Shown here: positions 22,192-33,493 of the stretch, piece after piece
Layout: each line of letters opens with the position of its first letter
Position numbering within the stretch: the stretch's first letter is position 1
Source: the human T2T-CHM13v2.0 reference genome, Homo sapiens
Assembly: GCF_009914755.1 (NCBI RefSeq)
Contig: NC_060926.1
DNA: 64,000 bases
Reading direction: 5' to 3' (one strand)
The notes under the pieces: model-generated
Told to the model about the DNA's origin: nothing
The model's database searches: none
The model's input: only the letters and a program-made list of their open reading frames with translations
Made by a program: the position numbers and the translations under genes

Positions 22192-22197
22192 TTTAAT
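22192..22197 (-). terminator. RESP18: RESP18 polyadenylation signal ATTAAA
   Basis: About 85 nt downstream of the last-exon stops; conserved at the same position in the paralogue (45434-45439). Confidence 0.75.
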
Positions 22198-22280
22198 GAT
22201 TCAAATCTGGGTCATCCAAGAACTGCTCCTCTGAAGGGCAATGGGAAGGGTGCTGGGGCAGGGAGGCTTCACATGAGGTC

Positions 22281-22331
22281 TCAATCAGCCACAGGGTTGC
22301 GGCCCACAGTAGGAAGTGGCCCAGAGAAGCC
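22281..22331 (-). CDS. RESP18: RESP18 last coding exon, read in two frames: GFSGPLPTVGRNPVAD* (phase 0, stop 22283-22281) or (R)LLWATSYCGPQPCG* (phase 1, stop 22287-22285)
   Basis: Acceptor ttcttgttttag; frame depends on inclusion of the 85-nt exon 23692-23776. Confidence 0.88.
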   Translation of the reverse strand, partial: GFSGPLPTVGRNPVAD

Positions 22332-23691
22332 CTAAAACAAGAAGAAACAAGGGAGCTAGAGTCAGGATGTGAGACAGTGGCTCCTCCCTCATCTGCCCTC
22401 CTTCCACAAATACTGTAGTAACAGCCTGATTTGAGTAACCCTTCAGCATGGTGACAGCTCACCAACTGAGAGCCTGTCCCCTTGGGTCTCACATGTAGCC
22501 CTGTCTCTCCATGGTTTGCCCTTAAGCTTAGGTCTGGAGAAGAATGGCAGCTTCTTGTTTGCATTATTCCTGGGAGCACCAGGGCAACCAGTCCCCCACA
22601 GGTAGGTCTCTGTCACTTCTGTCACTGAGCTCTGATTATGTTGCCCCAGCAACCAATCCAGGCTTAGGAAGCCCAGCTGCCACATTATGGAAGTAGGAAT
22701 CTGTTTCCTTGGAGAGCATGAGGAGCTGGAACCCCCTGTGGTGCAGGTTGCCTTTAGATGGAGGGTGCAGCCAGCCGGGGGTGCCCTGCTTCACTGCCAC
22801 CACCCAAATTCAAGCCACCTCGGTCTCCCTGGACCAGGATGAGCCCCTCCTTACAGACCTCTCAGTTTTCACTTTTGCTCTCCTTACAGTTCATTCCCCA
22901 ACATCACCAGGGTGGCCTTTTAAAATCATATCACGTTGTGACATTCCTTTCCTTAAAATTTCCCAGTTAAATTCCCACTGCACTTAGAATGAAATTCAAA
23001 CCTTTTGCTATGATCTGTGAGCCCCTGTGTGGTCAGTCCTGGGCCTAATTCTCCACCCTCATCTTTGACCACTGACTTTTCTGTCTGTTCCTTAACATGA
23101 CATGGTATGGGTGTCTCAGGACATTCGTAGTGGCAATGCTGTCTGCCTCAGATGCCCTTCCTTTACATCTTCCTCTGGTTGCCACCTTATAATTTAGGTC
23201 TTAGTCCAAAAAAAAAAAAACCTCTTTTTTCAGTGTGGAGGAGTCTGATGTTTGGAATGGCCAAATCCCACTGCAGTTCTTGAGTGGAAGGGCAGGGACT
23301 ATGCAGGGGGAAAGAGCTGGAAATCAGGAGACCTGGGTCCAGTCTTGGCTCTGCCACAAACCCATGGTGTTGCCTTGAGTATGTCCCATGGCCTGGGCCC
23401 CAATTTCTCATCTATAAAGATGGATGGGAGTACTAGATGGGCGGTTTCCATTCTGGATTCTGAAGAGTTCAAAGATCCCAAGGAGATGTCTCAGAGCCTT
23501 GCCTGGGTGACTTGCCCAGGCCATAGAGTAGAGCAAGGGGGAGGCTGAATGTGAGGGTCTCTGAGCTGCACCTCCCATTCATCAAGGGAGTGTTGCTATC
23601 ATGTGCTATATACAAGGGCATATATGGCAAAAAGGACGTTTAATTTTGAAAACTCTGCTGTTTCAATGCCTATTTTAAACTCAATACTTAC

Positions 23692-23776
23692 GCATGATCT
23701 TATAGATAATTTCTTCCTTAGAGGGTCCCGGCGCCTGCATCATGTCCAGCCCCCCATATGAACACCTATAGGTAAT
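23692..23776 (-). CDS. RESP18: RESP18 alternative 85-nt exon ITYRCSYGGLDMMQAPGPSKEEIIYKIM(R)
   Basis: Acceptor ctctcag, strong donor gtaagta; open after exon 23931-24020; with it the long model totals 687 nt = 228 aa. Confidence 0.75.
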
Positions 23777-23930
23777 CTGAGAGATACAGGAAATTAGAAG
23801 TACCTTTGATTAGGAATGGAAAAATCTTTTCTGCAGCGATCTGCCCTCACCTCAATGCCCATTCCCTTCTTCCTATCTGCCTCCCTCATTTAAACAGGTC
23901 CAACCTCCCTAGAAAAAGTGAGCCCCTCAC

Positions 23931-24020
23931 CTTGACAGGGTTGGCCACCTCTTGTTTCAGGGCCTTAGAAACCACTTCGGAGGTAAAGCACTGATCCCTG
24001 TTCACCTTGGCCAGGGGGCT
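23931..24020 (-). CDS. RESP18: RESP18 exon [30 protein letters not shown]
   Basis: 90 nt, phase 0-0; acceptor ctcacag, donor gtgagg. Confidence 0.92.
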
Positions 24021-24130
24021 CTGTGAGGAGGGAAACCAGGAGTCAAGGAGGAGGCAGAAAAGGGTGAGAGGGCCCCACAGGAAAAGCAATTGGATACAAA
24101 GTCAGGGATTCACAATTCTTGAGAAGATAC

Positions 24131-24172
24131 GTGAGTCTCACTGGGGAATAGGAGTTGAAGTTTCTCCTCTTG
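24131..24172 (-). CDS. RESP18: RESP18 alternative mini-exon [14 protein letters not shown]
   Basis: Acceptor tcttctag; 42 nt to a weak donor gtatct; stronger gtgag donor at 24141; resembles the QEEKLQLL segment I recall from RESP18 proteins. Confidence 0.6.
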
Positions 24173-24404
24173 CTAGAAGAGACAGGGAATGACAAATTGG
24201 ACCTAGGCTTGCCACACCCACCTCCCCTCCCTTTGCAGATATCACTAATGGATCATGAAATTCTTCTCTGCTGATTCCAAACAGGACCTCTGAATTCTCA
24301 CAGTGCTCCTGGCAACTTCTACCTGCAGTTTTAGCACACATTCCTTCCCTGTTCCGTCTGTCTGCCAGAATGCTTGGAATGACCACAGGCCTCATGCACC
24401 TCAC

Positions 24405-24532
24405 CTCAGTGGTTTTAGTGGGGAAAAGTGCCTTCCCATCCTTCAGGCATGGTTCTTGGGGATGCAGTCTGCTGGCATGCTCCATCTTTTGGATCATTGC
24501 ATCCTGGGTGATGTCATCCTTCCAGAACAGAC
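24405..24532 (-). CDS. RESP18: RESP18 exon (G)[42 protein letters not shown]
   Basis: 128 nt; acceptor cctgcag, donor gtgagg; core RESP18 domain motif W-x-DD-x-TQ. Confidence 0.95.
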
Positions 24533-24799
24533 CTGCAGGATGAAAGGATGGGGGGTGAGTTGACACCTGAGACACTCGGATCCACTCCAGGGATCAGAGT
24601 AACCTTTCTCTCAAGTATATATTAGATTACATTTTACAGAGAATTAAACAAGATGATGTATTAAAGTTGCTTAGCATAGTGCCTAGCATATAATATTCAA
24701 ATTAGGATTATGATTACAGTCTCTTTGCTGGTTCATTTGATGCTATTGTGAGGATTAAATGAGGTTAGGAATATAAAGAGTGCTTAGAAAATGCTAAGG

Positions 24800-24990
24800 C
24801 AGTGATTATCAAACTTTAGCATGTGCATCAGAATCTCCTGCAAGGTCTGTTAAAATACAGACTGCTGTTTCCCACCCCTAGGGCTTCTGATGCAGTAGGT
24901 CTGTGGTGAAGTTCAAAAATTCCCATTTCTAACAAGTTCCCTGGCGAGGTTGATGCTGCCAGTCCAGGGGTGCACTTTGAGAACTACTGC
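24800..24990. mobile_element. MER5A-like hAT DNA transposon fossil
   Basis: cagtgattatcaaacttt...catcagaatc...actttgagaactactg termini; a similar element lies at about 9117-9290. Confidence 0.7.
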
Positions 24991-25538
24991 TCTAAGGCAC
25001 TATGCACATATTAGTGTTAGCAGCAGTAATATGAACTCAAGGAAGATTTCCTAGCTGACTGTCTCCTCCCCAACATTCATGAAACTCTGCTGTGAGACAG
25101 GGTCAGCCACATGTTGCCAATGGACTCTCCACTCCCTTTCATTCCTCCCATCTGTTTGTCATACAATTTCCTACTCAGAGGCTGAAGTGTGTGTTTTCCT
25201 GTCTGAGAACTTGAAGAGTCCTGGCTTTGGAAAAGCTCATATAGTGCTGGGGTTGGGGGGAGACTAGTCTCAAGGAGTTGGATGCTGGCCGTTTTCAGTT
25301 TTGTTTTTTTTTTTCCCTAGAAGCCTTTACTGGGCTCTTCCAAGGTGTTCTAGTGCAAATAGTCCACCCATCCAGATCCCACTCCTACTCCTGTCTCATC
25401 CCCATGGGGGTAAATGTGACAAAGTTTTAAGTAGAGACATTTGGGGAACAGAAAGCCTACCCTCAGGTCGGATAGCCCCTCTTCCCCCCTCCCCATCTCT
25501 AACCAGGCCCCAACCTCTGTTCTCCAGCTTTTACTTAC

Positions 25539-25643
25539 CTTGGGGTATAATCTGCTGGAGCACAACCTGTAAATGCTGGAAGACTGGGGTGGCAAATCCT
25601 TGGAGGGGCCAAAGCTGCCCCACTCCTACTTGGTCCTGACCAT
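25539..25643 (-). CDS. RESP18: RESP18 exon (D)[34 protein letters not shown](G), homologue of PTPRN exon 3
   Basis: 105 nt, phase 1-1; acceptor cccttag, donor gtaagt. Confidence 0.95.
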
Positions 25644-25851
25644 CTAAGGGCAAAATAGTGGTGTCAGCAAGGAACCTGGCCAGAGCCTTCCACATCCCAG
25701 TTGAAGAGAAGCAGCTTCCTTGTACTGTCACTCCTGGACCCCTGACCTCTGTTCCCACTACCAGGCCGCTTTGTCCACTTCAAGTCTTCTTTAATTTTTC
25801 CCTTCCTCCATCACCACTTGCCATATTCTTCAACCCCTGGGCCTCATTCAC

Positions 25852-25894
25852 TCTTGGTACCAACTTACAGATAACCAGATTTACAAAGAGCAGC
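25852..25894 (-). pseudogene. Dead RESP18 pseudo-exon homologous to PTPRN exon 2
   Basis: Keeps ctacag|GCTG acceptor and gtgaatgagg donor, but is 43 nt rather than 51 and reads GC TGC TCT TTG TAA. Confidence 0.8.
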
Positions 25895-26510
25895 CTGTAG
25901 AAGTTCAGATGCGCAGAGGCTCAGAAAGCTGAGCACATGGGAATAGTAATCAGGTGGGTAGGTGGGGCATGGGGAAACAGGTGAGCTTCATCTTAGGGAA
26001 GTCATTGAAGCCTGGAAGTGTTAGGGAGGAGGCCTGGAATCATTAGAAAAGGTATTGGTTTGTTTAGGGTTTGAGGCTCTGGATCCTTTTCCTGAAGCCC
26101 ACAGTTTGCCCAACTGTGCATGAGAGGAAGGACAGGGGTTGGGGAAGAGAACCCCTAATGCTATGCACACCTTCCTTCTTCCAGATCAGTGAGATAGGGC
26201 TGGAGGACAGTCTGTTTTTTGCTATAGTGTAGTTACCATGAGCCATTCTGGACAGGTCTTTAGAAAAGGGAATTCTCCTACCCAGTCAAATGGATGTCTA
26301 ATAATTTCCTGGGGGTAAGCGTGACAAAGTTTTAAGTAGAGACATTTGGGGATGAGAAAGCCTCCTTAAGGAAGTAGTGGAACCTCCAACACCCTGAGGA
26401 GAAGGGAAAGAGCTTCGGGAAGGGGAGCTGATTCTCTGAGGCAGCGTTCCCAGGACTGGTGGGAAGGAGTGGTGACCCGCTCGGGCTCGGCGTGGACCCG
26501 GAGCGCGCCT

Positions 26511-26531
26511 GGCGCTGTCCGTGGTGCTGAG
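26511..26531 (-). promoter_or_regulatory. REST/NRSF RE1 element in the RESP18 intron after the signal-peptide exon
   Basis: Minus strand CTCAGCACCACGGACAGCGCC; same intron as the PTPRN RE1. Confidence 0.92.
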
Positions 26532-26777
26532 AGGTGGGGAGGCCAGCGTGGCGGCGGCGCTGGGCGGAATGTGGGCGAGACATCTCCGCAAGGCTTGGCG
26601 GTCCTTCCCCACGGCCCTCATCCTCTCATTGCCACCAGGCCTCCTCCCACAGCTGTTCCTGAATCCGCTGCATTGGCCTCTAAAACCAAAAATCAGGGAG
26701 AGGGGGCGACAGACTAGGAGTTTGCGCTCTCTTCCCCATGCGCTCTGCGCAGGAGTTCTCGAGTGTGCGCAGTCTGG

Positions 26778-26790
26778 CACGTGAGTCAGC
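26778..26790. promoter_or_regulatory. Overlapping E-box (CACGTG) and AP-1/MARE (TGAGTCAGC)
   Basis: cacgtgagtcagc; positional homologue of the PTPRN intron-1 motifs. Confidence 0.55.
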
Positions 26791-27291
26791 GCGGGGTCTA
26801 CGCGGATTGGTGCGGGGGAAGGGGAGAAGGATGGTCCCATTCCCCCTCCATCCTGCTTTCCCTCAGCGGTCCCCTTATTGGAAACCGGATCACAGCACGA
26901 GGAAGCCCTGGCTCGTCTCCTGGCCCAGCCTTCTCCCTGGAGCCAAGACCCCGATACCCGCAGCCCTGGTCAACTCTTTTTCTGGCCTTTCTTGCTTCTC
27001 CTGTGGCCACATAGGCCAGTTTTACCTCTCTCTGTTCATTTGTCTTTCTGACCTCTTCCCAAATCCCCAATTTTCACCTGAACCCACTTCTCGTGAGTCC
27101 AGACCCCATATGCCCAGCCTATCTGAAGCCTATGCCTCTTTCCGCTAGACGCTGTCTACCTTTTTCTCTTCTCACGTCCTTAAGCACATTCTTTTACTTC
27201 CAAGTTTCCTAGCCTTGAGGCCCCCTGCAGACCCCCACTTCTCAGGATCGCTTTCTTGGCCCTGCCCGCACCCCCCAGGGTTCCTCCTGAC

Positions 27292-27506
27292 CGTGGGCAC
27301 TAGTGTCGCTGCAGCCCCCCGGGCAGCTGTTCAGCAGCAGGAAGCAGACAAGCAGCTGGAGCCCCTCGGAGCTCCCAGGCCACAGTGGGTGCTGTATCCT
27401 CCCAGGCTCGGCGCGCTCACTCCCCGGCCAAGTCTCAGTGAAGGTAGCGGCCACGGCCGAGGGGCTGAGCGGGGCTGCAGCTTCCCACCAGCCCGCGACT
27501 CCGAAT
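27292..27506 (-). CDS. RESP18: RESP18 signal-peptide exon ...[40 protein letters not shown]; codon homologous to the family start is ATA (27397-27395)
   Basis: Donor gtcagg at 27291 as in PTPRN exon 1; open frame back to acceptor aacag at 27507; 215 nt. Confidence 0.88.
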
Positions 27507-27586
27507 CTGTTTAACCCTCCTCGGCAGTTCAGCCAATCGTGAGCGGGCCCTGCCCCTGCGGTCGCCTCCCCAGCTCCTTCCCCTAC

Positions 27587-27603
27587 CGCCTCCCCACCCT
27601 CAT
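27587..27603 (-). CDS. RESP18: Putative upstream RESP18 micro coding exon MRVGR(R) of the 228-aa model
   Basis: ATG at 27603-27601, 17 nt, donor gtaggg; an 80-nt intron joins it in frame to 27506. Confidence 0.55.
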
Positions 27604-29339
27604 CTCTTGGAATTCCTGACCCGGCTCCTTTCGGGCATTAGCTGGGTCCCAAGAACCACCGCCTGTACTCCCAGTCCTAAGGCTGCAGAAACGGATGGCA
27701 CGTAAGATACGGGTGCAAGTTGTACCTACTCAGGTTTGTTGTGAGAATCAAATATGAACAGCGATGAAACAGTAGGCACTCAAGGAATTTAGTTTATTTT
27801 ATTATCCTTGACACTCTTTACTCTGGCCCACTTAAAACCCTTTAGAAATCATATAGGTTCGATCTGCTATATATATATATATAATATTATATATTATATA
27901 TTATATATGGCACATCCATCCACTTTACTCCACATCCACTGCCATCGCCTTGGTCCAAACCACTGCACACTGTACTTTTTTTTTTTTTTTTTTTTGAGAC
28001 AGTCTTGCAATTTCAGATCACCACAACCTCCGCTCGACCTCTACTCAACCTCAGGCTCCAGAGTAGCTGGGACTACAGGTGCACACTACCATGCCCAGCC
28101 AATTTTATTTATTTATTTATTTATTTTTGTAGAGACAGGGTTTTGCCATGTTTCCCAGGCTGATCTCAAACTCCTAGGCTCAAGCAATCCTCCCACCTTG
28201 GCCCCCCAAAGTGTTGGCATTACTGGCATGAGCCACCATGCCAGGCCTTGGACACTGTACTCTTTTAAATTGAGTTGTTGTAGTAACTAACTAGCTAACT
28301 GACCTCTTGCTTTCACTCTTGTGTACTTACAAGCTAGTTTGTGAGCTTTCTAACTCTTAGACTGGCATTTAAATTTTTTTTCATTAAGCTTAAAACATTT
28401 ATTAAACTGGGCATGGTGGCTCATGCTTGTAATCTCAGCACTTTGGGAGGTCGAGATAGTGGATTACTTAAACCTAAGGGTTTGTATAGTGAACATTTGG
28501 GGTTGATACATTACAAAGGATCTGAATTATATTATTATCTTTAAAGGGTAATAGTTTGAGTTTGTTCTGGCAGGCAATTAAATTTTTGGTAAAAAGTCTT
28601 GATCCTGTGGCAGTCTGGTTAGGGAAGGAGTACTTCATCCTATTCTCAATTCTAGCCTGTATCTCTTAGTCCTGGGATATGGTGCTTATGGCTAAGGTGT
28701 GGTCCTTTTTGGATTTCAACATAACCCAAAGTCATTTACCAAAACTCTCTATTTTACGGGTCCTGAACTCCAAACTCAGTCACCCTAACACTGTGACAGC
28801 TGCCAAAATCTCTGTTCAGATATTTGACTTTTTCACTAGGTTCCTTGAAATCTCACCCTGCGCAAGTGCCATTTAGAAGATAGCTAAGAATTGGAGGGGA
28901 GTTAGGATGCAGATTTTGAGTTCCTCTCTCTGTAATTTATTCATTTTCTAAATTTCTTCCTCAATTTCCAGATGCTCTGGCATCTCTGTACTCCAAAAGC
29001 TGTTTCCTTAGTAAGACTGCCAGTTGCTGACAGAGCTGTTTCCCTGTGTACTGCAGTGAACTCTGAAGTATCTTCAGAGGAAAAGCCTATACATGTATAA
29101 GTCACTTGGTGGACTTCCTTTTTTTGAGGACTATACTCCCTGTAGGTTTCTAACTCTTGATCAGTCTCCATGCTTTCATACAGTTATTTTTATATTTTGC
29201 CTAGAGTATATACCCAATGTTAGGAGGATCCGACACAAGTTTCTGTCTTGTCACGCCAAAAACTAGAGGTTTATCTGGTTGTCACTGATTATGTACTGGA
29301 CATGCTATTTTAAAATAAATTTATAGCAATAATTTGAGG

Positions 29340-30830
29340 CCTAAGAGCAAATGAACGTGAACCTGCTTTGTGAAGTATAATGCTCCTGGAAAAAGGGAAA
29401 TATTGGTCTTTGGGTCGGCTGAACAAAGGTGAGTGTGCTCCTCTCTGTATTTTAAGATTTTAAACCACCAGGAGAATGGCTATCAAAATGATAAATGTAC
29501 AGGAGCATTGATGCTGCTCTTCTTTTTACTGTTCATTGGAAGGGATTCTAATGCTAAGAGTAATACCCTCAGAAGACTTAGCAGGTTTTCAGGCCTATTG
29601 AACCAGGGGTTCGTAGGAAGGAACTTTCTTTCCCAAGAAGAAAGAAAGACTACCATAAAGTGTAGCTGGGGAGAGTGGGCGAAGGAAGATTGTAATTCAG
29701 CTGTGGTCCTACTCTGTCTTACATTCATGTTACAAATGATGTCCGGAAGGAGAAGGAGATCAGAAGCCTAGGCTCCATGTGTACCAAGGAGTTTTACTAT
29801 TTCAATCCCCACCCCAAATGTCCTCTCTGTTCTGGCTTTACATATTTTAATTCAGAAGCTCTGGCTGAGGCCCACTGTCTTACTTGCAGACAAGCCTGCT
29901 TAAAGAATTTTCATGAAAACTCACTTTAAAAAATCCAGTAGCAAGTTGTCCTAAAACTGCCTCTCTGCAGGGTAATGGGGCTGGGAGAGGAGGAAGGCCT
30001 CAATCTGTGACAAAGTTTTGCTCAGAGAAGGAAACAGTTCAAAGAAGCTCTAAAATGGGAGGAAAATCGGATTTGGAATTTGTGTGTATATGTGCCAGGG
30101 GCTCCCCCTCCACAGTGTAAGCTCCCCTCACCCCACTATATAAGGGCCTCTAGTTGCAGTCTTGACTTGGGCAAGTCTTGAGGAATAGTGACTCAGCAAC
30201 CACCTGACAGCTAGCCTCCCCTTGGCTCCGACGTCATGATCTTCTCTCTCTCCCTGATTTTCCCTTAGGTACAGAGCTAGTCAAGGACGCTGAGCCTGCA
30301 GAAGAAAGGCAGATTCTTGTTTGCATAATTGGTAGCACCATGACAACCAGTTCTTATTGTGAGGATCAGTCATTTAGTGCTGATGATGCCACTCCAGCGA
30401 CCAATCCAGGTAGGAGAAGTGTAGCTGCCATGGTGACAGGAATCAAGAAGCAGTTTCCTTGGAAGCATAAGGATCTAGAGCCCCCTGAGGTTCAGGCTGC
30501 CTGTTGGGGCAGTGCAGGGCCAGATAGAGGTGCTAGGCTCCTGTGATTGCCTCGCCCAGGCCACCACAGTCTTTCTTGGACCAAGACAACACTTCCTAAC
30601 TGATCTATTGATTCCACTCTTTCCCCTATCAATATATTCTCAAGTAGCCTTTTAAAATTATATATCACATAATTCTATTCCCTTCCTTAAAATCCCCAGT
30701 GATTTTTCCTCTGTACTTTGCATAAGATCTGGACGCTCTACTGTTGCCTACAGAGCTCTGTCTAGGCAATTTTGGACTTATTTCTCCAATCCCATCTCCT
30801 ATCACTGGTTGTTCTGTTTGTTTTTCTAAA
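29340..30830 (-). pseudogene. Orphan 3' fragment of a RESP18-like gene (last intron, last exon 30000-30049, 3' flank)
   Basis: Acceptor cccattttag then SFFELFPSLS-(1-nt deletion)-NFVTD* aligns with GFSGPLPTVGRNPVAD* and DVFEPFPTLSHNLVAD*; flanks align with 21580-23050 and 44850-46280; polyA signal decayed to TTTAAA. Confidence 0.82.
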
Positions 30831-31915
30831 GTGCCATTTGAGAAATGAAAAAATATAATAACTAAAATAAAAACTCACTGGATGAGCTCCAAGCGGGATA
30901 GAAATGACAGAAGAGTCAGTCAACTTGAAGATGGGTCAACAGAAATAATCCAATCAGAACAAGAGAGAGAAAAAACATTGGGAAAAAAAAAGTTAACAGA
31001 ACTTCAGGGACCTGTAGGGCAATATCAAAAGTCCAAAATTAATGTCATTGGAATTCCAGATTAAGAGGATAAAGTGCAGTACACACAAAAATTTTGAAGA
31101 AATAATTTCTGAAAAATTCCCAAATGTGTGAAAAGACATAAGCCTAAAGATTAAAGAAGCTTAAGGAATGCCAAATAGAATAAACTCAAAGAAGTCTATA
31201 CTCTTGACACATTATAATCAAAAATTCTAAACACTGAAACAAAGAAAAAAATCTTAAACAACACACGACTAAAGAACAATGGGATTCAGAAAACTGAATT
31301 TTTCATTATAAACCATGTGGGCCAGAAGGAAGTGAAATAACATCTTTAAAGTTGTGAGAGAAATGAGCTGCCAACTGAGGATTCTATATCCAGCAAAAAT
31401 ATACTTTAAGAATGAAAGTGAAATAAGGATATTCTCAGATGAAGAAAAACTAAGATAATTAATTGCTAGTAGAAACATCAGGAATGAAGAAGAGGAACAG
31501 AAATGACAAGTGTCTGAATAAATATCATAGACTATTCTTCCCCTTGTGAGTTATGTAAAATATGTTTGGTTAAAAGCAAAAATTCCAGCCTGGGCAACAT
31601 GGCAAAACCCTGTCTCTACCAAAAAAAACCCAAAAAACAAAAACACAAAAACAAAAAATTAGCCAGGCATGGTGTCACACACATGTAGTCCTACTTAGGA
31701 GGCTGAGGAAGGAGGATTATCTGAGCCCAGGGAGGTCAAGGCTGCAGTGAGCCATGATCGCACTACTGCATTCCAGCCTAGGCAACAGAGTGAGACCCTG
31801 TCTCAATAAATAAATAAATAAATAATAAGGTTGGGTACAGTGGCTCACACCTGTAATCCCAGTACTTTGAGAGGCTGAAGTAGGAGAATCACTTGAGCTC
31901 AGGAGTTGGAGACTA

Positions 31916-32221
<306 letters not shown>

Positions 32222-33020
32222 CTATTCAGAATGCTGAGGCAGGAAGATCACTTGAGCCCAGGAGATAGAGATTGCAGTGAGCTATGATCACACTACTGCA
32301 CTCCAGCCTGGGCAACCTGTCAAAAAAAAAAAGCATAAATTATAACATTGATAGGATTTTCAATGTATGTAAATGTAATTGATTCTAATAGACAACTACA
32401 GCATAAATGGGGAAGGTAAAGAGATCTGTATGCTGGTAAGATTTCTATATTACATTTAAAACGGCAAAATAGTGATTAAAAGTAGACTTGGAAAAATTAA
32501 GTATGTACACTGTAATCCCTAGAGCATCCACTGAAAAAATTATACAAAGAAATGTAGTAAAAAATTACAACAGATACATTAAAATAGAATATTTAAAAGT
32601 TTTCCAATAATCTAAAGAAGGAAAGGGGAGGAAAGGAACAACACAACAAAAAAAAGAGGAAACAAACAGAAAAGAAACAATAAAATGGTAGATGTAAATC
32701 CAAAGATACCAATAATTGTACATTGTCTAAACATATAGATTTAAAGACAAATGACCAGAATGGCTTTAAAAAATAACCCAACAACATGTTATCTACAAGA
32801 AATTCTCTTTAAATATAACTATGTATGTAGATAGGTTACAGGTAAACAAATGAGAAAAAGTATGATGTGTTAACATGAATCAAATAAAAACTGGAGTAGC
32901 TATATTAATGTTAGATTGACTTCAGCACAAAGAAAAATACCAGGGATAAAGAGGAACATTACATAATAAAAGGGTCAAGTCATCAAGAAGACATAGAACT
33001 CTTGATGTGTATGTACCTAA

Positions 33021-33245
<225 letters not shown>

Positions 33246-33268
33246 TGACTGCCACCATGCCCAGCTAA

Positions 33269-33493
<225 letters not shown>

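Noticed and set aside
26298-27542. Several 80-180-aa ORFs in the RESP18 CpG island
   Set aside because: GC-rich shadow ORFs; only the spliced exon frame has family homology
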